Source: Oculina patagonica (Eukaryota). Taken from it: a stretch of 64,000 nucleotides of DNA. Shown one piece after another: positions 1 to 12,062 of this stretch. A program made the translations under genes and the position numbers. Each line of letters starts with the position of its first letter. The stretch's first letter is position 1. The DNA lies in assembly GCF_052425735.1 (NCBI RefSeq), contig NC_135764.1, positions 27,404,001 through 27,468,000 on the forward strand, read 5' to 3'. The notes beneath the pieces are model-generated. The model worked only from the letters and a program-made list of their open reading frames with translations, searched no databases and had not been told where the DNA came from.

Positions 1-1853
1 CAAATAATTATCGCGCCGGTATATCGTACATGACATTCCTAAACCGCGCGTCGAAGGACTTCGAGAAAGTCAATGCCCGTATAGTAAACAATTAAGATGG
101 TAACCAGTTTTGTTATTACCATGCATTACCGGTATTTTATTATCTTCTTATGCGCGTAATAGCAAAACTAGCTGGTTTAGACCACGCGTAGTCCCGCATT
201 TCAAGGCGAATGGGTGAGCAAGAGGGGACGCGACGTGCGTGGGCGCCTCGCGCGTCGCACCTCCTCGTCTCGGGGGTGTCGCGCGCTGAATCAAACTCGT
301 TGATCATTTAATTTCGCGACCTTCAAGTTACAAAGCTTTATGCTAATCAACAGATTCAATCAAGACAACCAATATTTACACTAACACGTAAATATGTCCA
401 GCACTGTTCCGCCCGTATCCAAAATATCGAAAAACCAATAGATGTTAACTTTAATATGATCGCTTCCCCGCGAACAGAATGGCCTATGACGGTAATAGCA
501 CTGCTTTATTCAAATCATTTTGAATTATATTGTAGATGTAAAATGAGGCATAATATGATCGGATTAATCGATATATTGAACAAAAATACAAGAACTTACC
601 TTTTTCACTCCGCTAGCGATACATTCGGCGCTATATAAAACTGGACTATTCCATCGTGGCGACGAAGCTTGGTTTTAGGTAACTGAAATTATAAATTCAA
701 AATAGAGCTTTGTTGATTAGAATAATAAAAGTCAAGCTAAAAAGGAATTTCATAGAAAATAAAGTGAATTTAACGTCTTCTAATCGACTGATGAAGCTAG
801 TTCGAATTATATTCGACAAGAAAACAAAGTGTAAACCTTCTCTTCGTTCACGTCTCAGATCAGTCAGATGCTCAATTTGTTAAGCCGGCGTCACGCAACG
901 CTTCCGATCAGATAAGAATTTATAATAGTGGATTCATGGAACACAGGATTCCCGGAATGTTACTTCACCTTCCAGTATAAACGCTTAATCGACAGTTTTC
1001 GTTTTTCGATGCCATCAATCATCTAAGCTGACCTTTCAACTTCAACTGGTTGAAAAGGTCACGTCTGTCAGTTGTGATAGATCGATCGATTTCTATCCAT
1101 TTTGTTTGTCAGTCTGTTTATCACGGTTCATTGGCAGTCGCAGTGATTACGATTCGATTCCCTGGTGGCAAAAACGCCATTGTTATTTAGGTTTTCGCGT
1201 GTTTAGGTGTTCGCCTAAAAGCAAACCGGAATACTGCAATATAGCTGAGATTACTAAGGCCAATTAAAAAATACAAATATTTCTCGTCCCTGCCTCCCCT
1301 CGCAAGTTCGCTTCTGGAGAGTTTAACGATGGAGGAAAAAAATCGATATTCAAACAACACAAGAAAGGAATGCAAAACAATGTGCGTGTTTTTTTTTTTT
1401 AACTTGGCCCAATTAGAGCACTTTCCATTTTGTTTAGAATTGCACAAAAACTGCACCCCTCTGCCGTTCATGGTAGACTTCTGAAGACTACAGACTGTAA
1501 ATTGAAGACTCATAAAGTATATCATGGAGTTATCATTATTGAGAGCCAACCATGAACAGGCTAACTGCAGTTGGAGTCTGCAAGTCTGCAGACAGACTAG
1601 ACAGCCAACCGTCCTCTCGCAGTCTCTTATCACTCCTGTAACCACGCGCGATTCTCGTTCGCTTTGCGCCACGCTCGTCTCGCGTACAATACCCACCTCA
1701 AAAAACAGCGTGACTGTGACCGGACCTGCGATCACGCTGACGTACTTCCGGCTGTCGCTTCTGAAATACGTTTGCGTTCGCAGGCTTGCGTGACTGTGGA
1801 ATATATTTTAAAACTTACATCAAAACGAGCTAAGGGGGAAGCAGATCAAATAC

Positions 1854-4800
1854 ATGACGATGGCATCGCCCACGGAGAACAAGAACGGTAAATGTTGATT
1901 GCGATTTAAAGATTTATAGATTGGTTTGGCGCTGGGGTGTTTTATTAACGCGCCTGAAAAACTCAGGGTATATTTTTTATGAGACACGACACCGACTGTG
2001 ACTTTAATTATAAACAATGCTTTTCTGTGTGACTACAACGAATTTGTAGGATTTATTTCACTGATATTGCTTTTTCCCATGTTATTATTTGCTTTATAGA
2101 AACAAAAATGCATTTTTGGAACTGTATGGTCTTTCGTGCAAACTGATATTTTATATCCCCAGAGGTTCAAACGTTTTCGATCGATTCCGTGCCATAAGCC
2201 GTGATGTTTGTATGTTTATTCATAAGCAAGCTTACTCACAAGATCGACCATAGAAGACGAAGAATTTAGATTGTTTAATTTCACAGGCAACTGAGCTGAA
2301 CTTCAGTCAAGATACCAATATAACTGATCGGACTTGCCGGGCAATAATTATTGATCGCGTGACTTCAAGGAATTAAAATGTTATGTTCCTCGCGATAATA
2401 GATCCTTGCACGTTTTTGTTTTGTTTTCGTTTTTATCTCTTGATGCTGCCGCTGGCTATGTAGCGAAAATTCAAATGCACCTCAAAATTAGAGAAAATAG
2501 CCAAGTTTGTGAGTCGCATCTTGTATAATTGAGAAGTTAAAGACGCTTGTCTATGTATGCTGGGGGGAGGGGTTATCCCCCACCACCACCCCCAGCATAC
2601 AAACTCTAAAATTTCCCGACATTGTGGAATTATATTTTCGCCATTTTACGAGATATCACTCTCAAACTTGGCCATTTTACTAATTTTTAGGTACTCTTTC
2701 CAGTAGTTTCGACAGATTTTCGCTACTTGACCAATATATTTTTTTTTATTAAAGGACTTTACGTTTGCCCTTGCCCTACATGTACGTCAAGAATCAGCTT
2801 TAAAAAGATACTCGCCATGTCCACTCCAGAAATTCTTGCTTTTAGCTGAGGTGGTTTCATAAAACGATTAAGGGGTTGAACGTATAAACACGAGCATGTA
2901 ACATGCGCTGCACTTTACCGTTTGTGGGTTTTAAATATATTATCGACTCTTATGTAAATTTGATAATAAACACGGAAATCACGTGAAACATGAAGTACAC
3001 CTAGGCATAATTATGTTCTTTGTTTTCGTCTTTATTGTTATTGTGCTGTTATACACAGCATGAAAACATTACTTTACTGTATTGTAAAGCTCAAGTAAAG
3101 CTGGCGTAAATTTGGAATTTTATCAGCTTTACGCCACCTTTACATTTTTTTGAAGCCGACCTTTATGCCAGCTTTACGCTCAAGTATAAAAATAGATAAA
3201 GAGACTCCTTAACACCAACTTTAAATAACATTTACTCACGGTACCGTAAGGTTGGTTAAACCACCTTTAACAACATTTAAAGCTGATTTCCAGTCCGTAC
3301 TGCGCAGACTCGGGGTTTGTTTTCGTTTTTGTTTTGAATTCGTTGAAACGTTACACTTCGGTGACAGCATACATGAAGTTTTTTAGTCCGCCATTACAGT
3401 TCGTTTACTTCAAGAATTTCCGATGAGCTGAAACGTCGGTTTGAAATAGCGTCAAGGTTCCTCTACTCGTTATTTTTTGTTCTGCAAGGATATCTGGCGT
3501 TAATAATGAAGAAAAAGGTAAGTTTGTCGCGGAATTTTTAGTTTTGCTTGTAAACATTCCTTCGTGTTGGGCTCCGATAAACATTGCAGCCGAGATTGCG
3601 CAGTACGGACTGGAATTCATCTTTAATTGATGGTTTAAAGTTGGATTACCAACTTCAATTCAAATTTTTATGCTGTTGTTATTCTCGTTGTTTTTTTAGG
3701 TCAAGCAATGTACAAGGAGCCTGCTGTTCGTGAACCCAGTTTAACACGTTTAAAAGAAATAGCGCAAGGCCTGGGTCTAGATTTGGAAGAAGCTGAACTG
3801 CAAGAATATCAAAGTATGTCAGTACAAAGTTCATATGTTTAATCAAAGGGAATACACCGCAGGCAGTCTCCCTTACTTTCCTTACGTTACTTCAAACGAG
3901 CTATTATTGATATGATTGAAGGCCTAGCGTTTAAGCGACAGTAATAACTCAGATCTTGTTTACCTTTTTAATTTTACTTGTTTAATTTCTTCAGAGGCTA
4001 TTTCTGGCACTTTGGCTGATACCTACCAAAGGCTGTACCGGTTACCAGACCCCAAGCTGCCTGTGAAATATCCTCGGACTCCAGGTTACAGACCAGCACG
4101 GGAAGACAACCCTTACAATGCCTGGTGAGTCAAACCAACTAGAGTTTGATCTAATATCCTTCCTGCATGTTGGACGGTTTCTCCTTATTATCCAATTCCA
4201 GAACGAAATGTGTATCCATCACATTCAATAGAAGACTGCCTTTAAGGTGGCTCGTGTATAGTTTAGATATTCCGGTCTTTGACATTCTGTTGTTGAGGTT
4301 TAACTTTCAGAACATCCTTGTAAAGGATTTACAAATAAACAAATCGGAGTCACTGTGACGTTAAAATTTGTTTCCATGGCAACTACACAAGTGGTCAAAG
4401 ATACCTTTTTTGACAGTTTGAGGCTAATTACTCTAAAACTAGACGGTAAAAGTTTTTCTTTTTCATATATTTTTGTCTAAAAGACAAAAGATAGTCAAAA
4501 ATTACCAGTGCCACCTTAAATTTATGCAAAATAGCGTAGTCCGGAATCCTTTTGACAGATGTCTTTAAAAGTTTCCAAAATTGTTATTTTGTCGATTGGA
4601 TAAAACATATGTGGAAAAGAAGAACTTTCACCGACCAGTTTTTGAGTTATTAGCCTCGAAAGGTCCAAAATAGTGTATCTTTAACGTCATATGACGTTAC
4701 CATGGAAACGTATTTCGACGTTACTATGACCTCAAATTGTTCATTATTAAATTTTGTTTACGTTTCTGCCAAAAGATTGTCCTTAACGTTATTGGTATAA

Positions 4801-7800
4801 CTGTGATAGAATACCAAAGACGGGCATGTCTTCTTTGCAAGGGACGAGGCGCGATCGAATAAAAAGGACTAAAGACGGGTTAGTGAAATTCGGCCTGGAC
4901 CAACCAGCCAGCGAGGTCCAATCACCGGAGGCTTTCGCCTTAGAGATTTTGATCCGCTTAAAAGAGTTGAGTTGACTGTACAAGATTTATATTTGCAGGG
5001 CCTGGCGCTGTGACATCAAAGGAGCACCAAGCGGTAAACTTCACGGAAAAACAGTGGCCATCAAAGATTGCGCATGTGTAGCGGGAGTACCCTTACAGAA
5101 CGGTTCCCGGATGCTGGAAGGCTTTATCCCGGATATTGATGCAACTGTTGTGACCCGGATATTGGACGCTGGTGGACACATTATTGGCAAGTCTGTTTGT
5201 GAAAATTTGTGCGAAGATGGAGGAAGTTTTACTTCAGTGACAGGCCCTGTACTGAATCCGCACAACAGTACACGAATGGCAAATGGTTCGTCTTCAGGAT
5301 CGGCCGCCTTGGTAAGACTCCCATTTAGAATCTTATTCATCTTTTTTTAATTTAAAAATTCTTTTGTATTATTTAAAAATTCTATCACACCTCTCGGCGA
5401 ATATTAAGATCAAGTTCTCGGCTCCTTCTGGCGACGCCAAAAGCAATATTGAAAACATACTGAGAAAGAGCGTTTGCTGTGGCGGCCCTAAGACGGTGGA
5501 ACACGATCCCATAGAACTTAGATCAAGTACTTCCATTGACATTTTTAAGAGACATTTAAAAACGTACCTTTTTAAGCAGGCTTTCTAATTATTTTATTTT
5601 TAGGTACATTTGAACTATATTTGCAAATATCCGTTTTTTTAAATTTTGTAGGGTTTTTAACTTTTTAATATCATTTTATTAATATTTTTAATGTAAAGCG
5701 CCATGGGCAATTAGTGGATTTCTGCGCTATATAAGTCCTTTAGTAGTTTATTTTAAAAACTTCATGATATATCAAAGTCATCACTCTTTGATTGACACTA
5801 AGTCAAACCCGTTTCTGATAGGTCGCTGGTGGTCAGGTGGACATGGCATTAGGAGGAGATCAAGGGGGTTCCATAAGAATGCCTGCTGCAGCATGTGGCA
5901 TTGTGGGACTAAAACCCACATACGGGTTAGTTCCATATACGGGCATCATGTCTATAGAATTCACATTGGATCATACGGGACCTATGGCCAGGACTGTTTA
6001 CGATACGGCTTTGATGTTAGAGGTAAGACAAGGTGTAAAAGCTCAAATAGAATGTCACTTGATTTAATTTTAAAGCGACAAAGAAAAACTAGTTCCTCCA
6101 TAAGCATTCACGGTACTAGATTTTCTTATTTTAGTTTTTTATCTTTTCTTAGGTTCTGGCCGGGCTTGATGGAGAACTGGACTCAAGGCAGCCACGAGAC
6201 TTGTCTGTCCCTGAATCGTATACATCAAAGGTATTATAACCATGTTCTTGTATCCAAAACTAAAAACATTTCTGTATTTTCCCAGTTCTTGCTGCTGTTG
6301 CTATTATTTCTAGGATGCCCAGAAAGCGTCACTTACTGTCGAGCATTCTTTAATCTCAGTTAACAGGTGAAATATCACATTTAAAACTCGGCATATTGAA
6401 GGAAGGGTTTGGACTTCCCAGCTCCGAAGCTGATGTGGATGAGCTTGTAAGAAACGCCGCTGACCGCCTCGGACGTGAAGCAGGCGCAACAGTAGAGGAA
6501 GTGTCCGTCAAGATGCATTATGATGGTATTAAATCTTTATTGTGAATCATATTACATACATAATATTTAACACAAGTTAACGTCTGATGAACTGAAAGTA
6601 ACGATGATAAAAATCGCTGTTGCAAAGTAATCTAATGCGGCAAAAATTTGCAATTGTAAGAGGTTAACTATTTCGGAAAACTGAAGCGAACAGTAGATCA
6701 GATTTGAGGAATTCAGACGTACCTTCAGTCCGACGGGCAGATACATGTACAGACAGACAGACAGACTGATAGTCTGCAAGCAAGTCAGTCAGTTAGTCAG
6801 TCAGTCATTTCATGTCTGAGTCAACCAGTGACTCGGACATCACTCAGTCACTCCAGTCAGACAGTACGTTAGGTAATGAGATAATAAGACAGTCATGCAG
6901 TCAGTCAGTTTGTCCGTCTGTCATTTAGTCAGTCAATTAGCCAGCGTAGCTTGGCGTTCTAGTCAGTCGGGGAGAGCGAGAAATTGCGCGCGCGAGCTCC
7001 GCCGTCGCTTTGCTCGCGTGCGCGATTTCTCGCTCTCCCCGACTGACTAGAACGCCAAGCTACGCTGGCTATCAGTCAATCAGTCCGTCAGTCACTTAAC
7101 CAACCAATGAGTCAGGTCAGGCTACTCAGTACTTGCCTGCCTGGCTGACAGTCTATCTTAGAATTAGTCTTGCGGTCCGATACATTGTAAGTTCTACAAT
7201 GGAGCAAATGACCGTATCAAAATTATTGCTTTCATTTCCCAGGTCTTGAGATATTTAAGGCTATTCATTTTGAAGGAGCAACACGAATGATGCTAGATGG
7301 AGCAGGTATGGTTCTTATTGATTATTGCTTCTTTACTTTACAATTATTGTTCCCTGGAGTAAGTTATATGCAAGATAATAATTTAAAATTAGCTTCGAGT
7401 AAGCCCCGGAATGGAGGAGGTGGTGGATTGATACTCTATTATATAAGCTAAATAGGTATGTACGACCTCAAAAAAATATTGTTATAGAGTCGGTTACTTC
7501 TGTAATAAGGTTTACATTTGGACTATTGCGGTCAGGAATAGGGCATGGTTTGTGCACTCAGTAGAATCACTGATATCTTATTAGACATTGTGTATCGCTG
7601 TATATTTTTACAAGTCATGCAGAATTATATAAATGACGAGTAAAAATGTACAGTCGCACTAAAATCAAGAGATTTATCATACAACGTTTTTTTTTTTTTA
7701 CCCAAGACGAAGACTCGCCACGTTTTTTAATCTTCAGCGCGGTCTGGGGGAATGAGACGAGTACAAATATCGTGAGATATTTATACTCATTCCGCGCGTT

Positions 7801-9276
7801 GTTTGTACTTTACGAAGCAGAGCTGGATAATAAATCACAGTTATTATGGCTTTTAGAAGTCTTAGAAAGTCACTGTCAGTTTTGTTTGAATACAATGTTT
7901 TGTGGCACAATTCTTTGTCATGTCCAGTGTAGAAACAATGGATGGATACAATTGACACTTTCAAAGGCTGATTTTTTATCGCTGTTTTCTTTCCTTATTT
8001 TTAGGTTTTGGTACAAGTGCGAAGATGTATTATGACACTACTCTACAAGAAGCGTTCGCTCGTGCTCTGAAGGCGCATCCAAACGATCTGCCAACCACTT
8101 GCAAGCTAACCTTCATTATCGGACGCTATCTTTCATCGGAGTACAACGGCACTTTTTACAGCAAAGCGCAGAACTTAGGACGAGAGCTGTGTAAAGCTTA
8201 TGATAAAGTTCTTGAGGAATATGATGTGTTGTTGATGCCGACAACTCCAATGAAAGCACCAACTTTCCCGTCGGCAAATCCATCGCTTGAAGGTAAGAGA
8301 AGAATACACAGGGAGCTTGATATGAATGTCCAGCAGCCTCCAAATGTGCACAAGATCTCCCCCCTTCCCCCACTCCCCTTTTCTCTCCCCCTTTTAGCCG
8401 TGTAATGGCTCCTTACCCTCCCCCCTCTCCACCGACTTTACCCTCCTCCCCCTTTCTTTTAAGCACCTCTGGACACAGGAAACACAGGTCTCCGCACACG
8501 TGGCGATATGTTGCAGCAACCTGTAGCAGCGACAAAATCATGTGCTGTTGACACTGAGGGGCCGGGACATGTGGCAGGGACGATTTTGCGGCAGTTTTAT
8601 CCCTGCGACATGTTGCACGGATTTCAACTCGATGGACTGCGTGCAAAATGTTGCATGGACAAATTGTTGCAAAAATTCGTGTTGCACGCGCCAAAAATTA
8701 TCAGCACACACGTGGGGATGTCGCTGTCCCGCTACATTTTCTTGCGTGTGTACACATTTTGATTTTGTCGCTGCTACATGTCCCCGCTACGCGTCCCTGC
8801 TACATATGTCCTCTTAGTGTGAACAACACATTATTTTGTCGCTGCTTCACGTTGCTGCGACATGTCCCTGCTTCTTGACCCCACGAGTGCGGAAACCTTT
8901 ATGGATAGAAATTTATCTTAGAACTCCTACTGGCTAATGTGTATATTGAAGTTAATGTCATGCCTAACCTTTCAGACATTCTCACTTTCAACAGTAGTTT
9001 ACGTATATATATCTTTCTCCAACTCGTTCGTTTTCCAAACGAATGATCTAAAATGATTTTTCCATTTTTTTTTTTTCAGAGTATTTGGTAAAGGGGTTTG
9101 AAAGTATCCCAAACACCTGTCCTTTTGACGTCACAGGCCACCCAGCCCTGTCAATCAACGCCGGCTTCAGTGATGGCTTACCAGTTGGTATGATGATTGT
9201 GGGAAGAAAGTTTGACGAGGCCACTGTTCTTAATGTCGCCTACGCTTACGAGAAGATAAGAGATGCTTCTAATTAA
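1854..9276 (+). CDS. Amidase-signature family amidase, CX3C-type (copy 1), 10 coding exons, ~527 aa
   Basis: Exons 1854-1887, 3700-3813, 3995-4124, 4999-5311, 5822-6022, 6153-6230, 6360-6525, 7243-7305, 8005-8292, 9080-9276. All introns are GT-AG and phase-consistent; total 1584 nt. Motifs: AIKD (catalytic Lys), [22 protein letters not shown] (Ser nucleophile), GLKPTYG, GHPALS...GLPVG. Exon 1 is the least certain. Confidence 0.92.
3281..3622. mobile_element. 342-bp Kolobok-like MITE (copy 1)
   Basis: TTAA on both sides (3277-3280, 3623-3626). AG...CT termini with TIR AG(C/A)TGA(T/A)TTCCAGTCCGTACTGCGCA. Near-identical inverted copy at 27723-28064. Confidence 0.85.
4246..4515. mobile_element. 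Kolobok-like MITE (GGTGGC...GCCACC, TTAA flanks)
   Basis: TTAA|GGTGGC at 4242-4251 and GCCACC|TTAA at 4510-4519. The TIR is short and imperfect beyond 6 bp. Confidence 0.5.
5460..5735 (+). mobile_element. 3' fragment of L2/CR1-like LINE
   Basis: Remnant translation ...[18 protein letters not shown], then an AT-rich 3' UTR ending GCGCTATATAAGT. The same tail occurs in the 61076-61637 element and in the SINEs. Confidence 0.6.
6750..7130. repeat. Degenerate (CAGA)n/(TCAG)n microsatellite
   Basis: Runs of agac/agtc units, interrupted by the MITE at 6938-7071. Confidence 0.75.
6938..7071. mobile_element. 134-bp hairpin MITE with 9-bp TSD
   Basis: Arms TAGCCAGCGTAGCTTGGCGTTCTAGTCAGTCGGGGAGAGCGAGAAAT and its reverse complement. 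TSD TCAGTCAAT at 6929-6937 and 7072-7080. Confidence 0.9.
8486..8898. mobile_element. Non-autonomous DNA transposon (Harbinger-like AGG...CCT ends)
   Basis: TIR AGGTCTCCGCACACGTGG / CCACGAGTGCGGAAACCT. Internal inverted sub-repeats GCAGCGACAAAATC / GATTTTGTCGCTGC. Confidence 0.65.
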
Positions 9277-12062
9277 ATGACTACCGTTAAGTTTCGGTTC
9301 GTCTTTCATGGCTCGAAATGAACTTGATTTTGTAATTCACGTGATCTACTTATTAGATATAAATACACTTAAAGAGGTTGAAAATTGTGCGCCTGTTAAA
9401 ACTGGCTTTTCAGAAACACTACAGACACTACGGGAGATTGAATAGTTCAGTAACGTAATCGAGTTTATGTTAAGGTAATAGTAAACGCGCCCAAGTGCTT
9501 CTTGAGTCATTTATAACAACAGGCGTAGCACAAGGAGTCGCACTCTCGAGTGTTTTTAGAAAGTAAAAGTGCCGTACATAACTCAGAAATACACGAGGAT
9601 CAGACTTTCTTTCAGATTGTCACGCGTTTGTCCTGTTAATGATTGCATTGGAATGCGTGACGAACCCAAACAGTGACTACGTAGAAGGCTTGCCATTTTG
9701 TTTCACACTTGATAAAAAAAAAAAACTGTACCAGGCCAAGAGCCGTACGCGTCGGAAGCTCTGACACACCCAGAAAGCTAGGTAGAAGTCCGTAATTTGT
9801 CTTTGCAAATTAAAATAGCGTTTAATAAAATGTCTCTTCATGTCCTGGAAGTTTTGTTTTTATTTTCGTTCTTAAGACTTGTTTTTCCAACAGTTTTTAA
9901 ATTTGCTGTGACCAAAGTTATACGGTGTGTTAACTATCCAAGCATATTCATTCTATGGGCGCTCACTTGTCAGGTCTCGTCTTCGACGAGAGCGCAGCTT
10001 TCCCCAATACCCACAACACAATTTTGATTGCACAATGTGACAATGTCACTTGAATTTTGGTTGGTTACTATCCCAAGGAAAAAGAGGAGCTTCCCCCCCC
10101 CCCGGCAATGACGTAACCCCCACCCCACCACTAATTACCTCAGCCGCCTAAATCAGCCCATGCGTCATACATTTTTAAATGTCCACCATCTTATAGTTTC
10201 TAATATTTTAAAAATGTAGCAAATCATTTCTTGACTACCTTTTTTAAGTGAAGTAAGTTTAAATTCCGTGCGGGCACTTTGGGCCCTACCCTAGAGCAGT
10301 GCATCAGTCAGCAAACATGAGATCCCTGAAAAAGTTCCTTTCAAGTCACGTATACGTCATTGATGACCTCGCCACTTTACTCTCTGTAAACAACTGCATT
10401 ATTTTTTATGACAGGGTAACACACGAAGTAATTAAACAATGTACACACATCAATGCAAATGAAACGGTCGTGTAATTAAAGCGAAAACGCTTGTGAATTT
10501 TTTCATCCTAGCCTAGAAACCGGTGAACCGCGGATAACAACGGCATGGTGAGTAATAATCCTGATAATTTTTATAACACGTTTCCCAAGATCCTTTGTGA
10601 GAAAGACATTGGATGACTTCCCTACTTTGCAGAAAGTTATATAAGTTTAGGCTAACAATAAAAGTAGTCAGTCTCTGCAGATTTCTACAACAACAACGAC
10701 TTACCCATAAGAAACTATTTTCACTCTTTTCCAATTGTTCATAGGTTATCACTTAATTTTGAGGGATCGATCATTGAATATGAATCATCGAAATATTCCA
10801 AAAATGGTTTTTAAATTCACACAGACTTTCCATTTGAAATTACGCCGAGTTTGCGATCGCCCAGATCATCAGTCTTAGCAAATTCCACTCACAAAGCATA
10901 AAAACTGTATTGGTCAGGAAAGGGCATTGATGAAAAAATTCAAAAGAAAAGTGATTGATACGAACTAGCTCTAACGTCGTGAAGTTAGTCCGTTCTATGG
11001 TACTGCAGACCAGTTCATCCCTTAACATTTATACTGATATATAAAACCAGAACTTAGCTAATTTGTCATCAAATCCTAATGCATATTTCCTATTACTACC
11101 CATCCTAAGCCCCGCTTCCTACAAGTGTTAAATTACGCACGTTGCTGAATGCAAATTCTATATATTGTAGTTATAAGTAGCTGCAGTATGCCAAGTTGTA
11201 TTTTATTTTGTTACTTTATTTTTAATTTCGAAAAGAAAAAAATATTTGTAGTCGGGTTCATCTTCCTGGCGATGAAGGAATTTGTGAGTGCATTTAAAAG
11301 TTAAATAGCCATTTGATCGAATCGCGACATTCTTTGTAATGAGTTTTTATTGTTTGACATAACTCACCATGAAAGTTATAATGAATTATCAGTTTTGTCA
11401 GTCTTTAAAATAACTCTAGAAGAAAACCCTTTTGCAAATAATTCGAGGACAAATTCTTGCGAGTTCTACAGTCGTCCTTGCGTGTTCTTTACGTCATCTT
11501 TTATATTGGCAAACTAAATAGCTCTTTTGGAATGTTTGCCAACTAACAAATATTATTTAACTAGTGTATACAGAAAAATTCCGATAGGCTTTTGTTTACG
11601 TCATTTCTGGCGTTCTTTTTTATGGCGGGGGGAGGGAGGTAATGGGGGTGGGGTGTTGGTCGTTGTTAACGTGATTTAGCCTCACGTTTGTTTTCCCGCG
11701 AACGGAAAAAACCCAACTTTTGTCGTTTGTCGTTTGCAGCTTAAACGACGGTGAGAAGTTTCGTATTTTGTGTGCATAAGCAAATTATTTTTTTTATTAT
11801 TTTTCTGATGGATTTATTGAATAAATGAGAAAAATTAGTCACAGCAGCTTTCTGACGTTTGCCTTTTGCTGTTAGAACGTAAAGCTAAATCTGTCGGAAG
11901 GCCGTTCGTGGATTGAATTTTGCGTTTCCCAACTATAGCTAGTCATAATAAACGAGAACAAAACGCAGTGTTATATGTTTGTTCTTATAGTCAACTCAAT
12001 CAGTGCGAATAAAGTGCTACTCAATTTCTTTCAAACCCGTTCTTTTTTATTTTCAGGGGGAA

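Noticed and set aside
631-680. TATA-like CTATATAAAA followed by a GTAACT donor as amidase 1 promoter/non-coding exon
   Set aside because: Plausible, but 1.2 kb upstream of the ATG and unsupported without transcript data.
456-2017. Short ORFs including the 182-aa minus-strand ORF 1187-1735
   Set aside because: No recognisable motifs. They overlap simple repeats or the amidase 5' region.
8413-8878. Cys-rich overlapping ORFs
   Set aside because: Translations of an internally repetitive MITE, not genes.
4999-9276. Bacterial contamination or GatA/FAAH identity for the amidases
   Set aside because: Nine shared spliceosomal introns and host repeats show they are nuclear genes. The motifs fit the CX3C subfamily, so no gene symbol was assigned.
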